This document shows positions 27,491-35,924 of a DNA stretch of 50,256 nucleotides, piece by piece. How positions within the stretch are numbered: the stretch's first letter is position 1; every line of letters starts with the position of its first letter. The notes below the pieces were generated by a model. That model had not been told where the DNA came from. It saw only the letters and a program-made list of their open reading frames with translations, and ran no database searches. The DNA is from an uncultured Candidatus Saccharibacteria bacterium. GTDB taxonomy: Bacteria > Patescibacteriota > UBA1384 > CAYGGE01. The translations under genes were made by a program, and so were the position numbers. The stretch spans positions 1 to 50,256 of the forward strand of contig CAYGGE010000006.1 in the NCBI GenBank assembly GCA_964349485.1, written 5' to 3'.

Positions 27491-28273
27491 ATGCTTATGA
27501 CACAGCTTACTCAAACAACTCTCACATCTCGACAACTCGAAATCTTAATCCTGCTTTACCGCTTCCGCTTTTTAACACGCTCTCATATTCAAACTCTCCT
27601 GCATCACAAGAACCACGCACACATACTCAAATGGCTTAACGAACTAACTTCCCAAAACTACATCACTCAGTACTACACGAAAACCATCCCTGCTTCTCCA
27701 GCCATCTACTCACTAGCCAAACTAGGCCGTACCTATCTCAAAGCCCATACAGACAGTAATACGAAACATCTCAGTCGGTTAAGGAGGGATCCGGTCTATA
27801 CGTCAAAGTTTCGCAGTCACTGTCTCTTTCTGGCTGACATCTATATTTCACTACTTGAGCTGACAGCTAAAACGAAAGCCACCCTACACTTTTCAACCAA
27901 AGCCGAACTCTACGGTATGGAAAGCCTCATTAAGCCAGCGCCGGACGCATACATAGCTATCGAAGAGGCCACAGGAACGACCAAGCGCTACTTTCTTGAT
28001 GTCTTTGATGATATTCCACCCGTAGGCATGCGTAAGCGTGTGAGGCAATATTTCGACTATTACGAAAGCGACGAATGGCAGAGCAGTACCGACAAACCAT
28101 TCCCATCAATAATTCTTGTTTGTCCGAATGAACGAGTGAAGAAACACCTAGGATTTATTATCCGAAGAAAGCTCGAAGATGAATCCAATATGAACTTTTA
28201 CCTTGCGTGCAGTGAAGCTGTTAAGGCAAAAGGTCTTACGGTAGAAACTTTATATAAAGTCTTTTCGGGCTAG
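27491..28273 (+). CDS. Replication-relaxation family protein (putative relaxase/DNA-processing protein)
   Basis: The N-terminus LTSRQLEILILLYRFRFLTRSHIQTLL and the later block PDAYIAIE are typical of the Replic_Relax family. It lies directly downstream of the coupling protein gene. Confidence 0.75.
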   Translation: MLMTQLTQTTLTSRQLEILILLYRFRFLTRSHIQTLLHHKNHAHILKWLNELTSQNYITQYYTKTIPASPAIYSLAKLGRTYLKAHTDSNTKHLSRLRRDPVYTSKFRSHCLFLADIYISLLELTAKTKATLHFSTKAELYGMESLIKPAPDAYIAIEEATGTTKRYFLDVFDDIPPVGMRKRVRQYFDYYESDEWQSSTDKPFPSIILVCPNERVKKHLGFIIRRKLEDESNMNFYLACSEAVKAKGLTVETLYKVFSG

Positions 28274-28279
28274 CCTCCC

Positions 28280-28927
28280 TTGGCTAAACCTGATAATTGT
28301 GGTATATTTTGCGCAGAACGAAAGGAAGGTTTTATGCAGCAGCACACTCAGCTGATTGGTATCGCGGGTGGGAGTTGCAGCGGCAAAACTACCCTCGTTG
28401 AAGAGCTGATCATCCGTCTTGGCGAAAGCCTTGAGGTTATCTCCTTCGACGATTACTTCGTTGGTACCCAAGCCTTAGAAGGCCTGGTCGTGGACGATTG
28501 GGAAAGCCCGACACTTTATCATATGGACCGCTTTGTCGAAGACCTCACCAGTCTCAAAGCTGGTAGAAGTGTGAGAATTGCCTGTCGTTCACGAGAAAGC
28601 GTAGCACGTGGCATTAGTGAACGAGTCGTCGAGCCAAAGCTATTTATTATCGTGGAAGGGTTCCTGATCTTTCACGAGCCAGCCGTCAGACCACTGTTTG
28701 ACCGAAAGTTCTTTACTGACCTGCCTGAAGATGAAATCATCAGGCGCCGGTTAGCACGAATCCAAGGTACAAGCGGTTGGGACGACCAAGGCTACATCAC
28801 GGAAAAACTCATTCCTGGCCATCGACGACTTGTTCTTCCACAGCGGGAGCTTGCCGACGTTGTCTTGGATGGCACTTTAACTACATCACTTCTCGCAGAC
28901 CGAGTCTGCGACCTTCTCAGCACATAA
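28280..28927 (+). CDS. Uridine kinase-like P-loop nucleoside kinase
   Basis: LIGIAGGSCSGKTTL P-loop followed by ISFDDYF. The likely true start is ATG 28334 (MQQHTQ). Confidence 0.7.
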   Translation: MAKPDNCGIFCAERKEGFMQQHTQLIGIAGGSCSGKTTLVEELIIRLGESLEVISFDDYFVGTQALEGLVVDDWESPTLYHMDRFVEDLTSLKAGRSVRIACRSRESVARGISERVVEPKLFIIVEGFLIFHEPAVRPLFDRKFFTDLPEDEIIRRRLARIQGTSGWDDQGYITEKLIPGHRRLVLPQRELADVVLDGTLTTSLLADRVCDLLST

Positions 28928-28937
28928 GGGGGAAACC

Positions 28938-29234
28938 GTGCTCAAGGATAATGCCGCTCTCTGCTGGGCAACCGATGAGCAGCTCGCTCTGCTCGAAGTT
29001 GATTTGCGCGTACATGTTCGCATCATAGATACGCTCTGGGAACCAGCAGTCATCAGAGAACTCTATATCTACGAGGAACTACCGAGTGTGGCAATCGTAG
29101 TTGAGTGCGACAACTTCAAATGGAAGGATGGGAACCTCTATGACGGCCGCGGTGGCGTCATCACGATCAGCCCCGATGGGACTGAACCACTCGGCAACGC
29201 TATCCGCCGCAGTCTAGGTCGTGACGATTTCTAG
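28938..29234 (+). CDS. Hypothetical 98-aa protein
   Basis: GTG-start ORF 10 nt after the kinase gene, with a GGGGGAAA RBS-like run upstream. No motif recognised. Confidence 0.45.
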   Translation: MLKDNAALCWATDEQLALLEVDLRVHVRIIDTLWEPAVIRELYIYEELPSVAIVVECDNFKWKDGNLYDGRGGVITISPDGTEPLGNAIRRSLGRDDF

Positions 29235-29299
29235 ACGTTGGTTGCTCGCTCTATCTCATAACTTTACTGTTGGCTGGATCAGTGGATAAACCAGCACGC

Positions 29300-29328
29300 G
29301 CCGTAGACTAGAAGGTCTGCGGCTTTTT
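29300..29328 (+). terminator. Rho-independent terminator
   Basis: GCCGTAGAC (29300-29308), loop TAGAAG, GTCTGCGGC (29315-23), giving one G:U and eight Watson-Crick pairs, then TTTTT. Confidence 0.7.
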
Positions 29329-29580
29329 AATAATTCTTTAATGCCTCTTAAGTTATACTCGCTACGAAAGGTTCATCATGAGAAGACTATGTCAGTTAAG
29401 TATAGAGGAATTAAAAATCGAGGAACGTACGATAACAGCTCGATTAGAGCGTGATCTCATGGTTATTTCTTGGCTATTAAAAAGGTGTCAGAAGAATCTC
29501 CAACAGTTTCTAAGTGATAATAATGAAAAGTGAAAGAGCTTGGAAACCCGAGGGCTCCCAAGCTCACTTCTTGCTGACGA

Positions 29581-29892
29581 CTAATATTCCTCAGCAAGCA
29601 TCACCGTCATCACCCGACGGCACCTATCTGTCTCCGGATCTTCCCAATGCGTTAGCGACTGATCGTAGTAATCTATCTTCCAAAAGATCTTCTCTCCTTC
29701 CCAAACGATAATGCCGAAATCATGCTCACCGTACGGATCATTCGCTCCGCTGAAATTATCGTACTCGCGTACTGCCTTCATTAACCCATTGATATCCTCC
29801 AGATACTGAACCCCTGTCGTAAACATTACCCCTTGTCCTGACTTCCGAAACACATCGTTCACCCGTGCAATTTGATCAAGTACTGTTTCCAT
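29581..29892 (-). CDS. DUF3768-family protein
   Basis: Hallmark DPYGEHDFG and FWKIDYYD. The tracked GTG start (29949) is unlikely. ATG 29892 is preceded by AGGAGG with a 4-nt spacer. Confidence 0.75.
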   Translation of the reverse strand: METVLDQIARVNDVFRKSGQGVMFTTGVQYLEDINGLMKAVREYDNFSGANDPYGEHDFGIIVWEGEKIFWKIDYYDQSLTHWEDPETDRCRRVMTVMLAEEY

Positions 29893-30125
29893 ATAACCTC
29901 CTAATGTTCTTAATGATCGGGCGTATCGACCTTCCCGCCCTTTGACCACACAGCAAGGAAGGAAGCTGGTCGGGTCAAGGTGGAGCCCTTCCGCTGGAAA
30001 TTTAAAAGAAAAGGGACTACCTTGAGGCGGCCAGACCCTATCCTTATACTGGAAAGACAGGGCGGGAGAACAACTTACCTAGCGCTCATATGGTATTTTC
30101 TCGGTTAAAAGAGTAGAATTAGGGC

Positions 30126-32933
30126 ATGTCATATAGTGAAGCACTAACTAGACAAGAGATCATCGATATTCGACTTAAAAAGGCTGGATGGGATGTTCAT
30201 AATCCTTCTCAGGTTACCTCTGAGTTGGATATTTGGATTGGCTTACCAGAAGGTGTTACGGAACCTCAACATGAGTATCAAGGATATCAATTTGCTGATT
30301 ACGCCTTACTTGACGATAGCGGTTATCCTTTAGCTATCGTTGAAGCTAAAAAGACTTCAAAAGATGCACGTATTGGACAAGAGCAGGCTCGACAATACGC
30401 TGAGAATATTCAGAAGAGTTCCGGCAAATACATGCCGTTTGTCTATTACTCAAACGGACACGATATCTACTTTTGGGACACTGAAAAATCACCACCTCGC
30501 AAGGCATACGGGTTCCCAACCAAACGAGATCTAGAGCGTATGCTTTTCCTGCGAAAGAACGAGAAGCCTCTCTCACAAGAACTGATCAACCGAGAAATTT
30601 CGGGACGTCCTTACCAGATAGAGGCAATTCGCTCAGTCTTTGAGAATCTTGATAAAGGCAAAAGAAAATCGTTACTCGTCATGGCGACTGGTACAGGCAA
30701 AACGAGAACCTGTGTCTCGATGCTCGACGTATTAATGCGTACAAACCATGTGCAACGAGTTCTCTTTCTCGTAGATAGAATCGCCCTGCGCGATCAAGCT
30801 CTGAGTGCCTTTAAAGAGTATCTTCCCAACGCCCCCGTTTGGCCAAAGTCTGGTGAGCAAGAAATTGCAACCGACAGACGCGTATATGTCGCGACATACC
30901 CGACGATGCTCAATATTATCGAGAATAAAGACTGCCCTCTCAGTCCATTCTTTTTCGATATGATTGTGGCTGATGAAAGCCACCGATCAATTTATAATGT
31001 TTATAAAAATATATTTGACTATTTTGATACGATCCAACTTGGCCTAACCGCCACACCCAAAGACGCCCTCGAGCATAATACCTTCGGTCTGTTTGGCTGC
31101 GAAGATGGTATTCCTACCTATGCTTACTCATACGAAGAAGCTGTTAACAACAAACCGCCATATCTCTGCGATTTTGAAGTACTGAAGGTTCGTACTAAGT
31201 TTCAGAAAGAAGGTATTAGGAAAGATAATATTTCACTTGCTGAACAGCAAAAGCTTCTCGCAGATGGCAAAGAGCCGACTGAAATTAACTACGAAGGTAG
31301 TGAGATCGAGAAAAAGGTCACGAACAAAGGGACTAATGCCCTTATCGTTCAAGAGTTCATGGAAGAATGCATTAAGGACGAGAGCGGAACCTTGCCTGGA
31401 AAAACGATCTTCTTTGCTATGACGATGAAGCATGCACGAAGAATACAAGAAGTATTTGATGATCTGTATCCTGAACACAAAGGCACTATCGCCAAAGTGA
31501 TTGTTTCTGATGATTCTCGAGTTTATGGAAAAGGCGGATTGCTCGATCAGTTCGTCAACCAAGACTTCCCTCGCATCGCCATTAGCGTTGACATGCTTGA
31601 TACAGGCATCGACGTTAGAGAATTAGTAAACCTTGTCTTTGCTAAGCCAGTCTTTTCGTATACCAAGTTCTGGCAAATGATTGGACGTGGTACGCGATTG
31701 CTTGAATCCAAAAAGTTAAAGCCGTGGTGTAAAGAAAAAGACAAATTCTTGATTATCGACTGCTGGGAAAACTTCGAGTACTTCGGTATGAATCCCAAGG
31801 GCAAGATTGATCAGCCGTCAAAGCCTATTTCGGTTCGAATTTTTGAAGCAAAGATTCAGAAACTTTTTCTTGCAGGATCACAAAATAACTCCTTACTTAG
31901 CCAGAAAATCATCGAGAAGCTACAAATAGATATTGAGAAACTACCTCAAAACAACGTGGTTGTTTTAGACGCGCAGAGCAAACTCGACAAACTCAACGAT
32001 ACGTTCTGGCAAAGACTGACCGAAGATAAAAAGTTGTTTCTCGAAAAAGAGATTGCTCCACTCATGCGTACTCGCACCGGTGAAGATTTTAAGGCAATGA
32101 GTTTTGAGCTCAAGGTTTTAAATTACTCCCTCGCAAAGCTCGAAGGGCAGACTGAAGAAACCAAGATTCAGACTCTCGAAGAAGCCATGATAGAAATGGT
32201 TTCTGATCTTCCTCTCTCAGTAAATATTGTTGCCAAAGAAAAGGTATTGATCGAAGAAGTGTTAAATAATCATTACATCGCAAGCGCAGATGAAGACGCT
32301 CTCGACCTCCTAATTCAATCAATCGCTCCGCTAATGAAATATCGGGAAGAAGGCATTAAGCCCGATCAAACATCTTTGAACTTGCGTGATATTACGAGCG
32401 AGAAAGAATATATTAAATTCGGCCCCGAGAATGAGCGAATCACAATTCACAAGTATCGAGAAAAAGTAGAAGCGCTCGTTAAACGACTCGAAACTGAAAA
32501 TGATATTTTGTCACGAATCAAAAGCGGAGAGCAAATCAGCCAAGCAGAGGTTGAAGCGCTAGCAAACACTCTTTCCGGATACGAACCATACCCAACTGAG
32601 GAGAACCTTCAAAGGGCTTATGATGCCCGGAAAGTTAGTTTCTTGGATTTAATAAAATACATTATGGGAATCGGTGGGTTAGTCACATTCTCGGAAAAAG
32701 TTTCCGAGTCATTTGCGGAGTTTATCGCTGAACACAACACGTTAACCTCTCAGCAAATACAATTCCTCATCGTGTTGCGTGACTTCATTATCGATAACGG
32801 CGACCTTACTAAGCGAGATCTTGTGAGCGAACCGTTCACAAAGCTTCATGCTCGTGGGTTCTTAGGAATCTTTACTCCACAAATGCAGCAAGAAATTTTA
32901 CAGTTTACAAACAGGATACTGCAACATGCTTAA
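30126..32933 (+). CDS. hsdR: Type I restriction enzyme R subunit
   Basis: N-terminal nuclease region. Helicase motifs LLVMATGTGKT, MIVADESHR and LGLTATP. EcoEI-R-type C-terminal domain. Confidence 0.93.
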   Translation: MSYSEALTRQEIIDIRLKKAGWDVHNPSQVTSELDIWIGLPEGVTEPQHEYQGYQFADYALLDDSGYPLAIVEAKKTSKDARIGQEQARQYAENIQKSSGKYMPFVYYSNGHDIYFWDTEKSPPRKAYGFPTKRDLERMLFLRKNEKPLSQELINREISGRPYQIEAIRSVFENLDKGKRKSLLVMATGTGKTRTCVSMLDVLMRTNHVQRVLFLVDRIALRDQALSAFKEYLPNAPVWPKSGEQEIATDRRVYVATYPTMLNIIENKDCPLSPFFFDMIVADESHRSIYNVYKNIFDYFDTIQLGLTATPKDALEHNTFGLFGCEDGIPTYAYSYEEAVNNKPPYLCDFEVLKVRTKFQKEGIRKDNISLAEQQKLLADGKEPTEINYEGSEIEKKVTNKGTNALIVQEFMEECIKDESGTLPGKTIFFAMTMKHARRIQEVFDDLYPEHKGTIAKVIVSDDSRVYGKGGLLDQFVNQDFPRIAISVDMLDTGIDVRELVNLVFAKPVFSYTKFWQMIGRGTRLLESKKLKPWCKEKDKFLIIDCWENFEYFGMNPKGKIDQPSKPISVRIFEAKIQKLFLAGSQNNSLLSQKIIEKLQIDIEKLPQNNVVVLDAQSKLDKLNDTFWQRLTEDKKLFLEKEIAPLMRTRTGEDFKAMSFELKVLNYSLAKLEGQTEETKIQTLEEAMIEMVSDLPLSVNIVAKEKVLIEEVLNNHYIASADEDALDLLIQSIAPLMKYREEGIKPDQTSLNLRDITSEKEYIKFGPENERITIHKYREKVEALVKRLETENDILSRIKSGEQISQAEVEALANTLSGYEPYPTEENLQRAYDARKVSFLDLIKYIMGIGGLVTFSEKVSESFAEFIAEHNTLTSQQIQFLIVLRDFIIDNGDLTKRDLVSEPFTKLHARGFLGIFTPQMQQEILQFTNRILQHA

Positions 32934-34443
32934 TACCACTCTTAAGTCATCAATCAATAAGCTCTGGGACAAGTTCTGGAGTGGTGGTATTTCTAACCCA
33001 CTCACAGCTATTGATCAGATTTCCTATTTGCTTTTTATGAAGCGGCTTGATGAGCTCGATACCAAAAAGAGACACGATGCAGCATTCACTGGAGAGACAT
33101 ATGTTTCTCCCTTTGCGGGTGAAAACGAGAGGATGCGTTGGAGTTATTTCCGCCAGCTAGAGGGTGGCGAAATGCTATCGCATATCCAGACTAGAGTCTT
33201 TCCTTTTCTCAAAACCCTTGGGAAAGAAGAAAGTCCCTTCGCCAAGCACATGGGAAACGCAGTATTTATTATCTCTAAGCCGTCACTCTTAGTTGAGGCT
33301 GTAGGTATTATCGATGACATTTTCACCGAGATCGAAAAGCAAGAATCCCATGGACAAGGCTTCCAGGACACTCAAGGTGACCTTTATGAATATTTATTAT
33401 CTGAGATCACGAGTGCTGGTAAGCTGGGGCAATTTCGCACACCTCGTCACATCATCCAGCTTATGTGCGAACTTGTTGACCCAAAGCTTGGTGACACCAT
33501 TTGTGACCCCGCATGCGGTACCGGTGGCTTCCTATTAGGAGCCTATCAACACATCATTACAGCGTATACGAGTAACGAACACCGTATAACCGACGACAAC
33601 GGTTTAACCCGTGGACTCCTAGGCGACAAATTAACTGACGAAAGACAATGGACACAGTTAAAAGAAAAAACGTTCTACGGCTATGACATGGACGAAAGCA
33701 TGGTACGAATCGGCCTAATGAACCTTATGATGCACGGCATTTCGACTCCTAATATCGAGCAAAAAGATACGCTGTCCAAGAAATATGACGACGACAACTA
33801 TTACGATTGTATTCTTGCCAACCCACCTTTCAAAGGAAGCATTGATAAGGGCGACATCAACGAATCACTTTCGCTTCCAACAACGAAAACAGAACTTTTA
33901 TTTTTAAACAGAATCATTAAGTCTCTTAAAATCGGTGGCAGAGCCGGAGTAATCGTTCCTGACGGCGTTCTATTTGGCTCTAGTAATGCCCACAAACAAG
34001 CACGCCAGATGCTTCTCAACGATTGTGAACTTCAAGGGGTGATCTCTTTGCCTAGTGGTGTCTTTAAGCCTTACGCTGGAGTAAGTACCGCTATTCTCAT
34101 CTTTGTAAAAGGCGGTGAAACAGAGAAAGTATGGTTTTACGATATGCAAGCTGATGGCTATACGCTGGATGATAAACGCACTAAAATAAGCTCAACGGAT
34201 CTGCCTGATATTGTAGAGAAGTGGCAAGCCAGAAAAGAGCAAGCCGATAACAATCGAGGGTGTAAATTCTTCTCGGTTGATAAGATAGAAATAGAAGAAG
34301 CAGGGTTTGATTTCAGCATTAAGCGCTATAAAGATATAGAACATGCAAAAGTAGATTACGAAAGCTCAGAACTTGTCTTGCAAAAGATTAATATATTAGA
34401 ACAAGTAATTATTACTGGTTTATCAGATTTAGAAGAAATTTAA
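32926..34443 (+). CDS. hsdM: Type I R-M N6-adenine DNA methyltransferase subunit
   Basis: HsdM N-terminal block LWDKFWSGGISNP, AdoMet motif DPACGTGGFL and catalytic NPPF. 8-nt overlap with hsdR. Confidence 0.93.
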   Translation: MLNTTLKSSINKLWDKFWSGGISNPLTAIDQISYLLFMKRLDELDTKKRHDAAFTGETYVSPFAGENERMRWSYFRQLEGGEMLSHIQTRVFPFLKTLGKEESPFAKHMGNAVFIISKPSLLVEAVGIIDDIFTEIEKQESHGQGFQDTQGDLYEYLLSEITSAGKLGQFRTPRHIIQLMCELVDPKLGDTICDPACGTGGFLLGAYQHIITAYTSNEHRITDDNGLTRGLLGDKLTDERQWTQLKEKTFYGYDMDESMVRIGLMNLMMHGISTPNIEQKDTLSKKYDDDNYYDCILANPPFKGSIDKGDINESLSLPTTKTELLFLNRIIKSLKIGGRAGVIVPDGVLFGSSNAHKQARQMLLNDCELQGVISLPSGVFKPYAGVSTAILIFVKGGETEKVWFYDMQADGYTLDDKRTKISSTDLPDIVEKWQARKEQADNNRGCKFFSVDKIEIEEAGFDFSIKRYKDIEHAKVDYESSELVLQKINILEQVIITGLSDLEEI

Positions 34444-34445
34444 TT

Positions 34446-35585
34446 ATGAATTTAGTTGAGCTAGGAAAAGTAGCAGAATTTATTAATGGCTATGCTTTTA
34501 AGCCTTCCAGTTGGTCTTCAGAGGGTATGAAAATAATTCGAATCCAGAACTTAACAAACCCTAGTAAGTCATATAACAGAACAAAGCAAGTAGTTCAAGA
34601 AAGATATAGGGTTCGGAAGGGTGATATTTTAGTGTCTTGGTCAGCGACTCTTGGGGTTTTTGAGTGGGAAGACCAAGAAGATGCATTGCTAAATCAGCAC
34701 ATATTCAAAGTACAGCTAGATTCAACGGTTGTTGATAAACAATACTTTAAGTACGTACTACGATACTCGATCGAAAAAATGGCTCAATTTACACATGGTT
34801 CAACCATGAAACATATTGTTAGACGTGATTTCTTGAACCACCAAATTCCGCTTCCGTCTCTCGAGGACCAGAAGAATATTGTGAAAGTGATAGAGCTGGC
34901 AGAAAGCTTGCTTACGAAACGCAAGAAATCAATTGCATTACTTGATAATTATTTAAAATCAGTCTTTTTGGATATCTTTGGAGACCCAGTAAAGAATCCT
35001 ATTGGATGGAAGACTGAAAAGCTTGGAAATGTTGCAAGTAAAATAACTGACGGAACACATAAAACTCCCGTATACACTAAGGATGGAGTGAAGTTTATCT
35101 CAGCTAAAAATATTAAAGCGGAAGAAGTCACATGGAAAGATATAAAGTTTATATCACAAGTGGAGCATGATAGTCTTTATCAGAGATGTAACCCTGAACG
35201 CAACGATTTGCTTTTAACGAAAAGTGGCAGCTTAGGAATGGTTGCGTTGGTAGATGTTGATTTTGAATTTAGTCTATTCGAAAGTGTTGCCTTAATAAAA
35301 GTAAACCAAAAACTAATCGACCCCATTTTTCTCCGTGAGTATCTTAATTTAAAAGAAATAAAATCTTTTTACTCACAGAGAACCAAGGGGATAGGTGTTA
35401 AACACTTACATTTAGTAGATATCAAATCGTTACCAGTACTTTTGCCACCAATAACTGACCAGCAGAGGTTCGCACGATTAGTTCAGAAGGTTAAAACGCT
35501 AAAGCAGAAAATGTTTGCTCAGTCGTATGCAATGGAAATTCAGCTCCAGTCTTTAATGCAAAAATCGTTTACTTCGGAATTATAG
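34446..35585 (+). CDS. hsdS: Type I R-M specificity subunit (two TRDs)
   Basis: Two target-recognition halves separated by conserved helices (LPSLEDQKNIVKVIE... and LPPITDQQRFARLVQKV...). 2-nt gap after hsdM. Confidence 0.9.
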   Translation: MNLVELGKVAEFINGYAFKPSSWSSEGMKIIRIQNLTNPSKSYNRTKQVVQERYRVRKGDILVSWSATLGVFEWEDQEDALLNQHIFKVQLDSTVVDKQYFKYVLRYSIEKMAQFTHGSTMKHIVRRDFLNHQIPLPSLEDQKNIVKVIELAESLLTKRKKSIALLDNYLKSVFLDIFGDPVKNPIGWKTEKLGNVASKITDGTHKTPVYTKDGVKFISAKNIKAEEVTWKDIKFISQVEHDSLYQRCNPERNDLLLTKSGSLGMVALVDVDFEFSLFESVALIKVNQKLIDPIFLREYLNLKEIKSFYSQRTKGIGVKHLHLVDIKSLPVLLPPITDQQRFARLVQKVKTLKQKMFAQSYAMEIQLQSLMQKSFTSEL

Positions 35586-35690
35586 ACAACCACACTTCAA
35601 TTCTAATTACTTTTCTTTCACGTTTCATTTCTAGTCTGACCCAAGGGATTAAGTCCAGGCTGTTTCTCGATCTCTGTCGAGCAGAAAAAC

Positions 35691-35924
35691 CTAATTAGAA
35701 AGTGCTTGCTTCATCTCTCTTATTTGGTTCTCTCCAAGTTCGATTATTGCACCGGCACAAATCACACAATAGTTACGCCTTGCTCGCGATGCTGTATCGA
35801 CTACGACCAGACAAGGTTGCCCCATAGTAATACTATGGACGTTTGGCTTATGGTAGCATTTTCGCCGAGCCGATGCCGTTTCTACTAGTACATGTTTTAG
35901 AATGTTCTTAGTTTGTGCCATCAT
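35691..35924 (-). CDS. Small 77-aa Cys/His-containing protein, last gene of the PLD-helicase operon
   Basis: Overlaps the helicase gene's 3' end by 17 nt. Contains C-x-H, C and a CVIC (CxxC) motif, which may form a zinc-binding fold. No family recognised. Confidence 0.5.
   Translation of the reverse strand: MMAQTKNILKHVLVETASARRKCYHKPNVHSITMGQPCLVVVDTASRARRNYCVICAGAIIELGENQIREMKQALSN

Noticed and set aside
29933-30067. Possible structured RNA in the 233-nt DUF3768/hsdR spacer. TCCCGCCCT (29933-41) is complementary to AGGGCGGGA (30059-67), and several CCTTCC/GGAAGG words are present.
   Set aside because: A 9-nt complement within a window of about 230 nt is expected by chance at roughly the 10% level. 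I could not build a consistent multi-helix fold by hand and recognised no known motif.
35586-35690. Bidirectional terminator between hsdS and the 77-aa gene (CTCGA tctctg TCGAG, with a bulged extended stem).
   Set aside because: The stem is short and bulged, and neither strand has a following T-run. The support is too weak to annotate.
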